A DNA stretch of 64,000 bases from positions 248,001-312,000 of the forward strand of contig CBFFRQ010000079.1 of the NCBI GenBank assembly GCA_965644315.1, in the 5' to 3' direction. Source of the DNA: Caecitellus pseudoparvulus (lineage: Eukaryota; Protista; Bigyra: Bicosoecida). The position numbers and the translations under genes were made by a program. Positions 1 to 10,433 of the stretch are shown one piece after another. Numbering within the stretch: the first letter of the stretch is position 1; every line of letters begins with the position of its first letter. The notes beneath the pieces are model-generated. The model did no database searches. It was not told the origin of the DNA and was given only the letters and a program-made list of their open reading frames with translations.

Positions 1-2
1 GC

Positions 3-1985
3 AGCGACTCCGGCGAGGTGCTGCGCATTGAGCCGACGCTGCATTTCCTGATCAAGGACACCCGGCTGTATGGGGATGCTGCCGCTGTGCTGGCGTACGC
101 AGTGGAGCAGCTGCCCGAACCACACCGGCCCCGCGCTGCTGCCGTGTGGAGAAATTTCATCAGCCCCTTCCTGGGCATCAAGGCGGATGACTTGGGTGCC
201 CGCGCAGCTGGCCTTGCAAGCCCTCTGGGCCCCCACCGCATCGGAGACAGCGTTCAGACGCCGTATGGGACCGGCATCGTGACAGATGCTCGCTTGGCTA
301 GCCACAGCCCACGCGGTGCTGGCGGTCTCATGGAGGCTCCTGCTGAGGTGCGTCCCTTGCTCAAGGACAGCGATGTGTCGTTGGACGACCCCGTGCTGTA
401 CACGGTGCTGTTGCAGTGGGGCTCAGTCGTCATCCAAGCGGCGCAGGTTGCTGCGGCTTCCAGTGCTCCCGCAGCAGCGGCAGGCGGGCAGTCTGTCCAA
501 CAAGCTGGCTCCCGCATCGGCCAGGCGCCACCTGGACACCCAGCGGCCAGCTTTGAAGGCAAGGTGCGCCCCACCAGCACGGTGACTCCGCCTGGTGCCC
601 TGGCTCCTGGACCTGTGTCTGGCCGGGACGGCAGCAGCATGGTTGCGGCTCATGCCACTGGCTCGGAAAATGCCGAACAAGCCATGGCAGCAGCAGCCAC
701 AGCAGGGGGTGTCCGCGTGGCTGTCGAGGCTTCTCGGGCCGAGCACGACGTGGCCCGTGTGGCAGTCCCCTTCGCCAGCATGGAGGCTGAGCTGCGCGCA
801 GCCCTCGAGGCAGCTGGGCCACCCAAGTCGTCTGCAGTGGTGTACACCTCTGCCACGGAGTACGCCTTCTTCCGCATGCTGCACATTCTCTGCGAGAGGC
901 TGGCGCGAGCCAAGGCGCTGTGTGAGCAAGCTGCCAAACGCCCTCAGGCAGGTGCAGGGGCCCACATTGAGGAGAGGGCCTTGGCCGCCGCCGCCGAGCC
1001 TGGCATGGACTTGGCGGCTGCTGCTGACGCAGTGCTGGCTGGGGGAGCCGGTGGCGCGGATGAGGAGGGGGAGGGGGCTAGTGGCATGTCCGCGGAGGAG
1101 ACATACCAGCACTTCCTGACGGCCCTGTACGCAGCCATTGACGGCAGCAGTGACGGCGGCAAGTATGAAGATGAGTGCCGGACGCTCATGGGGACCGGTT
1201 CGTATGTGCTGTTCACGATGGACCGCTTGGCTGCCCTCGCCGGCAAGCAGCTCGTGGCCATGACGACGGACCAGACCGCCGTCAAGCTGCGCGGCCTGTA
1301 CGAGTACAATGCGGCACGGGTGGCCCTGGCAGAGGCGTCCCTGCCTCCAGCTGAGGCGGCCAGGGAGCGACTGCTGGCTGCGCGTACCTACCGCGCGAAC
1401 GTGGCCGCCTTGGCCAGCACTGTCCAGGAGGACGTGTTTGCTGTGCAGTACGTGAAAGAGGATCCCCGTGTGGTGCGCACGGCGCGCAGTGTGGCATACC
1501 GTGCTGGCTTGCGCCGTGAGCGGGGAGGCGTCGCAGGTGGCGCGGCGCTGGTGGATCCTATGGCGCCTCAGGACAGCGACGAGTACACAGCCACCTTGAG
1601 TATCCAGTACTTTGGACGGGGTGGAGTATTTGCTGAGGAGCTGCCGCATGCCACACTGGGCCTCATCAACCCAGCCGTGCCTGTCAGCGTCTCACGCACT
1701 GTGGGCGAGGGCACCACACTTCTCGCGCGGGCCAGTGCTCCGGCAGAAGACGAAGCTGAAGAGGCTGCGGCAGACAGGGCAGGCGCCGCCGCCGCTGCAG
1801 CTGCAAGGAAGCCTTTCCTCCAGCGCACCGTTGGGGATGTGCCTGCGGCTGTGGTGCAGAACAACATGTCCAGTGTGGCGTCCAAGGCAGGCGGCCTCGT
1901 GGCTATGTCTGGCGGAGAGGATGTTGTGCTGCGAGGGGGGGGGGCTCCCGCTGATTCCGAAGGTGACGTCCAACTGGCGAAGTGA
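3..1985 (+). CDS. SIN3: SIN3 co-repressor, C-terminal part (gene begins upstream of the window)
   Basis: Motifs YAFFRMLHILCERL and KYEDECRTLMGTGSYVLFTMDRL match the Sin3 C-terminal domain. The frame is open from the window edge to the stop at 1985. Confidence 0.8.
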   Translation, partial: SDSGEVLRIEPTLHFLIKDTRLYGDAAAVLAYAVEQLPEPHRPRAAAVWRNFISPFLGIKADDLGARAAGLASPLGPHRIGDSVQTPYGTGIVTDARLASHSPRGAGGLMEAPAEVRPLLKDSDVSLDDPVLYTVLLQWGSVVIQAAQVAAASSAPAAAAGGQSVQQAGSRIGQAPPGHPAASFEGKVRPTSTVTPPGALAPGPVSGRDGSSMVAAHATGSENAEQAMAAAATAGGVRVAVEASRAEHDVARVAVPFASMEAELRAALEAAGPPKSSAVVYTSATEYAFFRMLHILCERLARAKALCEQAAKRPQAGAGAHIEERALAAAAEPGMDLAAAADAVLAGGAGGADEEGEGASGMSAEETYQHFLTALYAAIDGSSDGGKYEDECRTLMGTGSYVLFTMDRLAALAGKQLVAMTTDQTAVKLRGLYEYNAARVALAEASLPPAEAARERLLAARTYRANVAALASTVQEDVFAVQYVKEDPRVVRTARSVAYRAGLRRERGGVAGGAALVDPMAPQDSDEYTATLSIQYFGRGGVFAEELPHATLGLINPAVPVSVSRTVGEGTTLLARASAPAEDEAEEAAADRAGAAAAAAARKPFLQRTVGDVPAAVVQNNMSSVASKAGGLVAMSGGEDVVLRGGGAPADSEGDVQLAK

Positions 1986-2126
1986 CGCAATTCACCTCCA
2001 CTGTGGAAACGAGATGCACACCAGCTGCTCTCATACGGGTCAGGCTGGGTCAGTTTAGTGGATCGGGTAGGACTCGAGCCAGGGTTGCCGTTTCAGTGCA
2101 CTTCGGCTCTCTTTGCTCGGTTCAAC

Positions 2127-3001
2127 ATGAATATGAATGTTGGACAGGATGAGGAGACGCAACAAAGTACTCTGCGTGGGGAGGTCCCCGTGAGCTCCCA
2201 CTATGAAGCGGTATGGATGGGATTTGCCGATGCCATTGCGTTGCGGAAATTGCCACTCCAAACACCTTCCTTTCGTGCAGATGCAAGCAAAGATGATGGA
2301 GAGCCAGATGTCGGCGTTGCAAGCGAAGCTGGCACTGGGTGAGTGTATGCAGTGCTTGGCTTGTTGGCTGGGAGCACTCGGCTTCACCGGCTGCACCAAC
2401 CAACGTAGACCAAGCCAAAGCAGCGCAAACAGCAGCCTTTGAGAACAGTGCGGAGGCAGCTGAGAAGACTCGCGAGTACATGGAAGAGATGAGGCGGATA
2501 AGGGAGCGACGCATGGCTGCAGCCCATGGCGCATCTTCGGGCTTCAGTGCGGAAGCGGCAAGCCCAGCATCACACAAGTCGAAGAAGGCAAAGAAGCATA
2601 AGCGCGACCGTGATCGGCACCACCACCGCGACGAGGATCGATACAGCCGTCGCCACCACGATGAAGAGCGGCACAGCCGCCGCTACCGCGACGAAGAGCG
2701 GCACAGCCGCCGCTACCGCGACGAAGAGCGGCACAGCCGCCGCTACCGCGACGAAGAGCGGCACAGCCGCCGCTACCGTGATGAGGATCGGCACAGCCGC
2801 CGCCACCGCGATGAGGATCGGCACAGCCGCCGCCACCGCGATGAGGATCGGCACAGCCGCCGCCATCGGGAAGAGGATCGGCGCAGCCGCGGCCGTCGGG
2901 AAGAGGATCGGCATAGCCGCAGCCGTCGGTCTCGCTCCCGGTCTCCATTGCCTGCGACAGGAAGTGCGGCGGCAGCTGCAGCAAGCGGAGGGCAGGCATG
3001 A
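2127..3001 (+). CDS. Hypothetical Arg/Asp/Glu/His-rich (RS/RD-like) nuclear protein, 3 exons (2127-2210, 2281-2338, 2409-3001)
   Basis: Two 70-nt GT-AG introns (GTATGG..TGCAG, GTGAGT..CGTAG) join three ORF fragments with consistent phases. It has a lysine-rich NLS-like stretch (KSKKAKKHKR) and an RSRSRSP tail. Confidence 0.6.
2630..2929 (+). repeat. Coding tandem repeat, 10 x 30 bp (DEERHSRRYR-type decapeptide)
   Basis: Unit GAyGArGAkCGGCACAGCCGCCGCyACCGy is repeated in register from 2630 to 2929. Confidence 0.95.
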
Positions 3002-3039
3002 GCTCCATGGTTCCATGCATTCGCATCGAAGCTGCTGGA

Positions 3040-6000
3040 TCACACAACATCTTCTTGCTCAGGAGATGCTGCGCCGAGCCACGTGGGCTGCTCGTAGGCC
3101 ACAGGAATACTGCCTGTACCAGGTGTCCCCGTACGATGTCTAGGAGAAGGCTGCAGCACCTGACCTGGTGTTTGGCGTGGTGCAGGCGAGTCTGCGTCCT
3201 CGAAAATGGCAAAGCTAAGCCCGCTGGCAGCCGGTGCCACCCCACTGCCAAGGGGGCCTGCGCCCGGCGATAGAGCGCGGGGGACTGCTGAAATGTTCAA
3301 GGCTGACGCAGCCTGACCAAATGCAGGTGCCCCCCCATGGTACTCAGAACCGAATTCCGCGATTCCAGTGCTGGATGCTACTGAGCTGTCCAGAGACGCG
3401 ATGGTAGCGTTCAGGACACCAAGGGCGGCCTGGTGCTTGCCGCTCGGATCCGTTGCGAGCGCGGCTCCCAGTCGAGACGCTGGCTGAGGCTCTTGCAAAG
3501 AGTCCTCCTCCTCGCTGTCAGCGCTGTCATCAGCACAGACAGTCACGGCAACTCGACCCAGAGCGGATGCAGCTGGCGCAGGAGAACCGAATGCCGCAGC
3601 AAGGCAGGCCTCGTCAGCTCCTTCACTGTCTGTGCTCCCAGACCTATCTCGAGGGGCGTCCATGATCACAGAGAGCCCCTTTCGTCCCGCAGCACGTGAG
3701 TCCAGGCCCGCTGCAGCCTTGTTGCTGTCGCTGAGCTTGGCCGCAGCTCCTGCTTGGGGCGGCGGAGACGAGAACAAGGCGCCTAGGTCAGCGAATGCTT
3801 GTGCAGTGTTGAAAGTGACTCCATCATCCCCCTCTGCATCTTGGCCGGCCGCACTCATCGCCGCAGCAAGGCCAGATAGGCCCGATGCTGACTCTGTAGG
3901 GCCTGCTGAAGGTAGGGACTTGCCGTTTGCGAATCCGCTGGACCCACTCTGCACACTACCCTGCGCTGCCTCTGCATCCTCCTTGTCATCCGAGAACACT
4001 GTGAACGGTGCCGCAGCAGTGGACCCGCCCTGCGCTGCCTCTGCATCCTCCTTGTCATCTGAGAACACTGTGAACGGTGCCGCAGCAGTGGACCCGCCCT
4101 GCGCTGCCTCTGCATCCTCCTTGTCATCCGAGAACACTGTGAACGGTGCCGCAGCAGTGGACCCGCCCTGCGCTGCCTCCGCATCCTCCTTGTCATCCGA
4201 GAACACTGTGAACGGTGCCGCAGCAGTGGACCCGCCCTGCGCTGTCTCCGCATCCTTCTTGTCATCCGAGAACACTGTGAACGGTGCCGCAGCAGTGGAC
4301 CCGCCCTGCGCTGCCTCCGCATCCTCCTTGTCATCCGAGAACACTGTGAACGGTGCCGCAGCAGTGGACCCGCCCTGGGCTGCCTCCGCATCCTCCTTGT
4401 CATCCGAGAACACTGTGAACGGTGCCGCAGCAGTGGACCCGCCCTGGGCTGCCTCTGCATCCTCCTTGTCATCTGAGAACACTGTAAACTGCGCAGCACT
4501 TGGAGGGCTTTGCTGGGATCGTGGGAGCATGACACGTCGGGGTGAAGGTGAGGCAGTGACAGGTGCCTGTTGAGGGCTCATGAAGTCCTCCTCCATGCTG
4601 GAGTCATCTTCGTCAACGCTCTGCACGGGGCTCACAGCGGGTTGGCGCTCCCACGTCTGGCGCGCAGCCTGCACAGCTTTCTCGATCGCCGCTGGGCGTG
4701 AGGGAGAGGCAGCCAGCCAGGCCAGAGCCCTGGCCTCTTCAAAGCTTTGTGGGCGGCCGCTTCCTGGGCTCTGCAGGAGTGAAGGGTCGTAGCCCACAGC
4801 CTTGTCGCCACGTGTGAAGACGCGTGGCTGCTGCACTGTGGCCTGTTTGGCAGGCGCAGCCGCACCAGGAGAACGAGTTGTCAACCCGCGCAAGTGCTTC
4901 AGCGTGTCAGCTTGCCTGCGATCTCCAGCGGTGTCTTTGTGGCGGGTCAGCACTTGTCCGGTCACTCGGCCGCCCCGCTGACGGCGTGATAGGCCAGCCT
5001 CCCGGAACACCGGCACAGCAGCGGTGGAGCCAGCTGGAGCAGCAGCCCTCTGGTGTGGTGCTGTGGGCAATGCAGCAGCCGCAGCACGAGCAGAAGGCAG
5101 TGCGTTCCCAGCCCATGTCTCTGGGGCCCCAACGTTCTCGTCCGCGGTGGGTCGGTGCGTTGGGGCTGCCCTCCATGCACCTTCAGCTCCTTCATCAGCA
5201 CCTGGGGGAAGCAGCATGGCTGTGCGATCCAGAGCATCTCCAGTGGACTGCAGCCCATCCTCAACGAACACTTCAATGCCAGTATTGCCCCCCCGTGCAC
5301 TGCGGGTGGCCCCTTGTACGCCAGCAGTGCTGCGCGATGCTGGGCGGTGGGAGCCAGCCGCTGCTCGAGAGGAAATGGAACCTAGGGCTCGGCGGCCAGA
5401 AGACTGTGAGCCCCCTGATCTTTGCTGCTCTGTGCGCTCCCGTGCTGCTTGCGTGAGCGCAGCAAGGGCTTTGAGGTCCACTGGGCACTGGTCAGGCGGC
5501 ACACTCGTGAGGTCTTCCCCTGCGTCGGCTGCTGGCGGAGCTGCGGTGCCCCCAGCTTCCAGCCACTTCCGAGTCATACGGCGCATGAAGTGGGCTTGTT
5601 TTTTCTCCAGAGCAGCCACCGGCTCTGCGTTGCGAGCGATGCCGGAGGCCAGCACCTTGCCGGCCGCATGAAACCTGCCCTTGGTTTCGAGCACGAGTGC
5701 CCAGGCCATGTAGAAGAGGGCGACGTCTCTGCCAATCTTATTCGCATGCATGAACTTGAATACGTCTGATGGTTCTGGGAGCAAGTCAGCCTGTGTGGAT
5801 GGCTCAGGGGGTTCGAGGAGAGGCAGGGCACAGGACAGCCAGCGCTCTGCTCACATAGCGGACCCAGACAGCGACATACTGCACGTCGTTGAGGTACTTG
5901 GGGTCATGGATGAACTCTCGCGTACAGCGCTCAAGTAAGTCCAGCAGCTGGGTCCCCGAGTTCGCGGGGAAGGCCTGCTCCGTCCAGGAGATGTACCTGT

Positions 6001-6400
6001 GACACCAGCGTGGGCGTTTCGTTCCAGCTGTGCCTGCCGTTATGCGGGCGCTTTGAAGCTCACTTTCTCCAGATTGCGAGCGGGTCGCTCCCTTCGTGTG
6101 AATGCGATAGCATGTCCTCAAATGCTCTACGATGCAAGGGGAGTGTCCGGAGTTCATGGGAGCAGTGCTGTGCACGCTTTCGCTGTGCGTACTTTTGCTG
6201 GCGCCGCAGAGCTTGTGCCGCAGAGCTGCTGCCCACTGCAGCAAGGCCCTTGTTCAAGGCGCCCACTCGACGGCCTTTCCTGCGGGGCTGAACATTCTCT
6301 TTGGATAGCTCCCACTCCACTGCGAAGCACAGGCATGAGGTGGTCAGCGGCATGGTGCGGGGGTGTGCGTGACGGGCTTACCTTCTGATGGTGCTGTCAT
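3040..6400 (-). CDS. MAD3: Mad3/BubR1/Bub1-family (MadBub) spindle checkpoint protein lacking the kinase domain, multi-exon
   Basis: N-terminal WELSKENVQP KEN box. Mad3/Bub1-I TPR region (DPLAIWRKYISW, LLERCTREF..KYLND, VFKFMHANKIG..ALFY). GLEBS-like SFEEARA and CD1-like TFNTAQAFADLGALFSSP. Exon 1 is 6400-6382 followed by a 62-nt intron 6381-6320, with further introns near 6000-6065 and 5790-5850. Confidence 0.85.
3959..4489 (-). repeat. Coding tandem repeat, about 8 x 69 bp (FTVFSDDKEDAEAAQGGSTAAAP)
   Basis: Near-identical 69-bp units start at 3959, 4028 ... 4442 on the + strand. Confidence 0.95.
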
Positions 6401-6601
6401 GGTGCAGGGCTACAGTGTGCGCGCGAGTTCTGCCAGGGTCTGCGCCCAGGCTGCAGTTTTGAGCGCAGGTTGTTAACACACTTGCATTTTAGACTTGGAG
6501 TGCATCTCCAGCGGAACAAGACGCGGCGGAAAGGGGGGGGGGCACAGGCAACAACACAACAACGCAAGGCAGTCCACAACAGGCAAGCCACAAACAAGAC
6601 A

Positions 6602-8443
6602 CTAGTCACACTTCCAAATGCGGCAAGTGTTGTCTTTGCTGCCAGTGATAATGGTGTCCCCCTGATAGTTGAAGGCACAGGAGAAGAGCTCATCACTGTG
6701 GCCCTCCAGGCGCTGGAGACAATCACCTGTTTCAGCCTCCCACACCAAGGCCGACTTGTCTGAAGACGCAGTCAAAACCTTCGTGCCTTGAGGGTTAAAG
6801 CACGCCTTGCTGATTTCACCCTCGTGACCGATGAGGATGGACTCGCACCGGCCAGTGTACGCGTTGTAAACTCGGGCAGTGCCGTCTGCACTGGCTGTGA
6901 CGATTCGCGTGCCGGAGTAGTTGTACGAGACATCCAGCACCTCGTCGTGGTGACCCCGTAGGTTGAAGAGGCAGGAGCCCTTCCTCAGGTCCCACACCTT
7001 GCATGAGCGGTCGATGGAACCGGAAATGCACTGATTGCCTTCGAAGTTAAACTGTGTGGAAGAAATCTCACCCTTGTGGCCCTCGAAAGTGCTCACGACA
7101 CCACCTGTGCGCACATCCCACAACTTCACGGTGTGATCAAAGCTGCCAGTGATGATGCTGGTGCCTTTCCTGTCGAAGGACAGTGACACGATCTCTGCCG
7201 CATGCCCAGCCAGCGTGACCGTCTCCTGTCCAGTTTGCACATCCCACAACTTGGCGTCAGTGTCCATGCTGCCTGTGCTGAGGACATCTCCCGCTGGAGA
7301 GAAGGAGAGGCACACGATTTCAGTCTTGTGCCCTTTCAGTGTGGCCAGGAGCTTGCCGTCTTCCGCCGACCACAAGCGTGCGGTCTTGTCAAAGCTGCCG
7401 GTGCCGATGATGTTGCCGAAGGGGTTATTGAATGCGATGGCATACACGACGTTGGTGTGCCCTTCGAGAACAGCCAGTTCCCTGCCCGTGCTTGTTTCCC
7501 ACAAGCGACAAGTCCGGTCGTACGAGCCAGTGATGAACCTGCAGAGGTGGGCGGGCGGAAGGGTTGCACAACGAGGGCAGCCAGCCAGCAAGAAGTAGAT
7601 CCGGCTCCGCAAACATGGCGCACACAACAAAACACCTCAAAGTTTAATTAAAACGATCATCGTTCGCGCTTCGTGGTAGGTTGTTTTCATCGGTGTTGGG
7701 CAGAGGAGAGAGGTCTCAAAAATTAAAACAATTTGCCATCATCGAGGCACTTCGGTTTGATTGGTTTGTCATGGACAGGCACACACAAGGGCGAAGCCTC
7801 AAAAATTAAAACAATTTGCCATCATCGAGGCACTTCGGGTAAAAGGTCTTGTCATGGGCTCGCTGACAGGCAACGGACATGAGCACAGCTGGGAGCACGC
7901 ACTTGTCTCCTGCTTTGTTGAATGCACAGTTGGTCAGTGGAAGAATGTGAGCTCTAAGAATCTTGTACAGGTAGAAGTCTTCGCCGTCGTACTGCACTTG
8001 TTTCGATTGCAGCTGCGGGGCGAGGGAGGGACTGACACCAGTGCGGCCGGACTAGCGCAGCAGCACCGGGTGAGCAGCGCGCACCTTCTCAAAGAGAGCT
8101 CTCAGCTGGGGTTTGCGTTTCTCTGAGATGAGTTGCTCACTTGCTACAATGTCGTCCACCAGGACGTCCAAGTCAGTGCTGTGCGGAAATGGAGCAGCGC
8201 GGAAATGTGTCCGTTGCTGACGCAGGGTCTTCCTGTGCCGTTCACGCACTCTTGGTTCAAGTCCAGCATGTTGATTTCCTTCGTGTGTTTGGTCCCATCC
8301 TTCCGCAAGTACTCCAGGGTGATGCCTGAGGGGGCACGCGAGGCCGAGAGGTGACAGGGGAGTGCTTGCAAACGGCGCGGGTGTGGCTGAGATCCCCACG
8401 CACCTGGAGGGTAGTACCTGAGCAGGAACTTTTTCAGCTTCAT
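6602..8443 (-). CDS. DAW1: Dynein assembly factor with WD repeats 1 (ODA16/WDR69), multi-exon
   Basis: N-terminus [19 protein letters not shown], then [25 protein letters not shown] and WD40 repeats ending [13 protein letters not shown]. Several short introns plus a 364-nt intron at 7539-7902. Confidence 0.95.
7631..7697 (-). ncRNA. Intronic box C/D snoRNA candidate 3
   Basis: AACACC-G-ATGAAAA..ACGA..ATGATC-GTTTTAATTAAAC-T-TTGA-GGTGTT. 6-bp terminal stem; 13-nt guide antisense to the conserved LSU rRNA sequence GUUUAAUUAAAAC. Confidence 0.68.
7713..7776 (-). ncRNA. Intronic box C/D snoRNA candidate 2 (paralog of candidate 1)
   Basis: GTC-C-ATGACAA..CCGA-AGTGCCTCG-ATGATG-GCAAATTGTTTTAATTT-TTGA-GAC. 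About 40 nt are identical to candidate 1; the terminal stem (GTC/GAC) and D' guide differ. Confidence 0.62.
7795..7860 (-). ncRNA. Intronic box C/D snoRNA candidate 1
   Basis: Minus strand reads AGCC-C-ATGACAA (C) ..CCGA (D') ..ATGATG (C') GCAAATTGTTTTAATTT-TTGA (D)-GGCT. Terminal stem AGCC/GGCT; guide antisense to AAUUAAAACAA. Confidence 0.65.
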
Positions 8444-8864
8444 GCTGCCACACGAGCTGCCTGGGCAGAAGCTGAAAACCGCTGAGGCAAGTGCATGGTA
8501 CGGGGTTGACGAGAAGCCCTTCCTCCATGCCTGTTCCCGACTTGTCATTGCTTTGAGTGGGCGCGGCCACTGCCTGGCCACAAGGTTGAGCCCCCCTTGC
8601 CAAGGCTGCCTCAACGCCACTTGTCCGACAGCGAGGGTGAGCGCGGACAGGGCGGAAGACCACCCTAGAGGGCACTTTTCAAGGCACGGAGCCGGGATCT
8701 GCTTCACTCGGCTCTGCAAGTGCAAGGTCATGTTCTGGGTCTGTCTCGAACGTGAGCGCGCTGCAAAGCTTGCGCATGCGAAGCTCGGCTAGCGTTGAGG
8801 TGCAGGTGGGTGTTGTGGTGCAGGGCGCGGCACAGCGCTCGGGGACCCAGGCAGGCAGCAAGCC

Positions 8865-10418
8865 ATGGCGAACTTCTTGACGGACACCTTCCGTATGGCG
8901 GGGGACATTTTGGAGGCCATCGATGAGTCTGCTGAGCAGCGCCTGGGAGACACAGAAACAGCGAAACTCCGGCCTGGCGAAACGCACACTGCCAGTGCAC
9001 CGAGGGTGCAGACCTCCATGCCAGCGCCGCAGCAGGGAGGGGCAGGGGAAGACCAGCGAGCAGTCCTCAGTGGTGCCTCGCAAGAAGCTGTTGTTCGTGA
9101 GCGAGATATGCTGCGGCGAGAGGTGGCTTCATTGGAGCGCCGGCTTGCGTCGGCCGGCGCAGACACTGAGGCCGAGCAGCAGCGCAGCGCTGCGCTGAAG
9201 AAGCAAGTGGAGGAAGCGTACGCGGAAGTTTCCAGCCTGAAGGCGCGCATGTCTGAGATGAAGGAAGAGATGGAGGAGGTGGACGACGATGCTTTCCAAG
9301 GCCTTCGGCAGGAGAAGGCGCACCTGGCACAGACTCTGGCGCAGGTGCAGGAGGCAGCACGTCATGCCAGCACCAGCCATGCCGCTGAGCTTGCTGCGGC
9401 TCGGCAGGAAGCCACTTCATCTGCAGAGGCCCTTGCGGCATCACTGGATGATCTGCGGGCGCTGCGTGCCTCGGCAGATGAAGTTGAGGCGGGCCTTCGT
9501 GGGGAGGTGGCGTCGTTGACAGCTGCCTTGGCAGCTGCACAGGCAGAGACCAGCCGCCCAGCGACTGTGGAGGCAGGCGGGCTTTCAGATCCCGAGTTCT
9601 CCCCCGCACAGCTGGCGGCAGTGACGGCGGAGCTGCGTGCGGAGCGCAGGCTGAGTGCCGCCGTGCGCGAGGAGCTCGCTGCCGCACGCGCCGCTGTCCA
9701 AGAGAAGACCCAGGAAGCGACACGGCACCGAATAGCCGCCGCTGCAGCTGAAAGCAAGGTGCAGTCGCTCACAAAGCAGGTGTCTGAAGCCGTCAAGGCG
9801 TCCAGCGAGGCGTCAGCTGCAGCGCAGGGTCGGCAGGCGGCCGAGGCTGAGGTGCCCAAGTTGAAGGCTCGCCTGCGTGAGGTGTCTCAGTCCCTCCTGA
9901 AGAAGCAAGAAACTGTGGACAGCTTGGCTGCCGAGCGCACGGCTCTGGCACAGCGAGTTATCGCTCTGGAGGGTCGTGTCGAGTCTGCAGAGGCTGCTGC
10001 CGTGGGCGGGGTGCCGGCGGACCAGCCTGGCATGCTGAAGCATCGCAGCGGGGGGGCGGCGCAGCGCGCCCCCTCCACCGTCGCGCCATCGTGGTCCCAC
10101 ATGCCCACCGCCTCGGCACACGGCGACGCGCCGCGCGCCATGGTGCCGCTTGCCCGCCTACCCGGCATAGCGCGCCACAGGAGGCTAGCCCAGGCTGTGG
10201 ACGGTGTGGACCGCACTGTCGCGGGCGTGGGGCGGTTCCTGGCCAGCTCCCCGCTTGCACGGCTGCTGGTGCTGGTGTACCTGGCGCTGCTGCATGTGTG
10301 GGTGTTCGGGGTCACTGCATTCCACACACATGCGATGGAAGACGGCTTGCAGCGGGGGGCGGCGGGCCCTGGCAAGCTGCCCAGGCCGCCCAAGCCCATC
10401 ACCCACGGAGGGCATTGA
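8865..10418 (+). CDS. GOLGA5: Golgin-84-like coiled-coil, tail-anchored Golgi protein
   Basis: N-terminal FLTDTFRMAGDILEAID motif, long coiled coil, and C-terminal FLASSPLARLLVLVYLALLHVWVF transmembrane segment with the conserved Y..LH.W signature. Confidence 0.8.
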   Translation: MANFLTDTFRMAGDILEAIDESAEQRLGDTETAKLRPGETHTASAPRVQTSMPAPQQGGAGEDQRAVLSGASQEAVVRERDMLRREVASLERRLASAGADTEAEQQRSAALKKQVEEAYAEVSSLKARMSEMKEEMEEVDDDAFQGLRQEKAHLAQTLAQVQEAARHASTSHAAELAAARQEATSSAEALAASLDDLRALRASADEVEAGLRGEVASLTAALAAAQAETSRPATVEAGGLSDPEFSPAQLAAVTAELRAERRLSAAVREELAAARAAVQEKTQEATRHRIAAAAAESKVQSLTKQVSEAVKASSEASAAAQGRQAAEAEVPKLKARLREVSQSLLKKQETVDSLAAERTALAQRVIALEGRVESAEAAAVGGVPADQPGMLKHRSGGAAQRAPSTVAPSWSHMPTASAHGDAPRAMVPLARLPGIARHRRLAQAVDGVDRTVAGVGRFLASSPLARLLVLVYLALLHVWVFGVTAFHTHAMEDGLQRGAAGPGKLPRPPKPITHGGH

Positions 10419-10433
10419 CGGCGTGCAATGCGC

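Noticed and set aside
3959-4489. 69-bp repeats (and the 30-bp repeats at 2630-2929) as CRISPR arrays
   Set aside because: There are no unique spacers, unit lengths are multiples of 3 inside coding frames, no cas genes are present, and the context is eukaryotic.
7798-7810. AATTTTTGAG on the minus strand as the Sm site of an snRNA or spliced-leader RNA
   Set aside because: It is better explained as guide plus box D inside the stem-closed C/D units; the third unit keeps TTGA but not the U tract.
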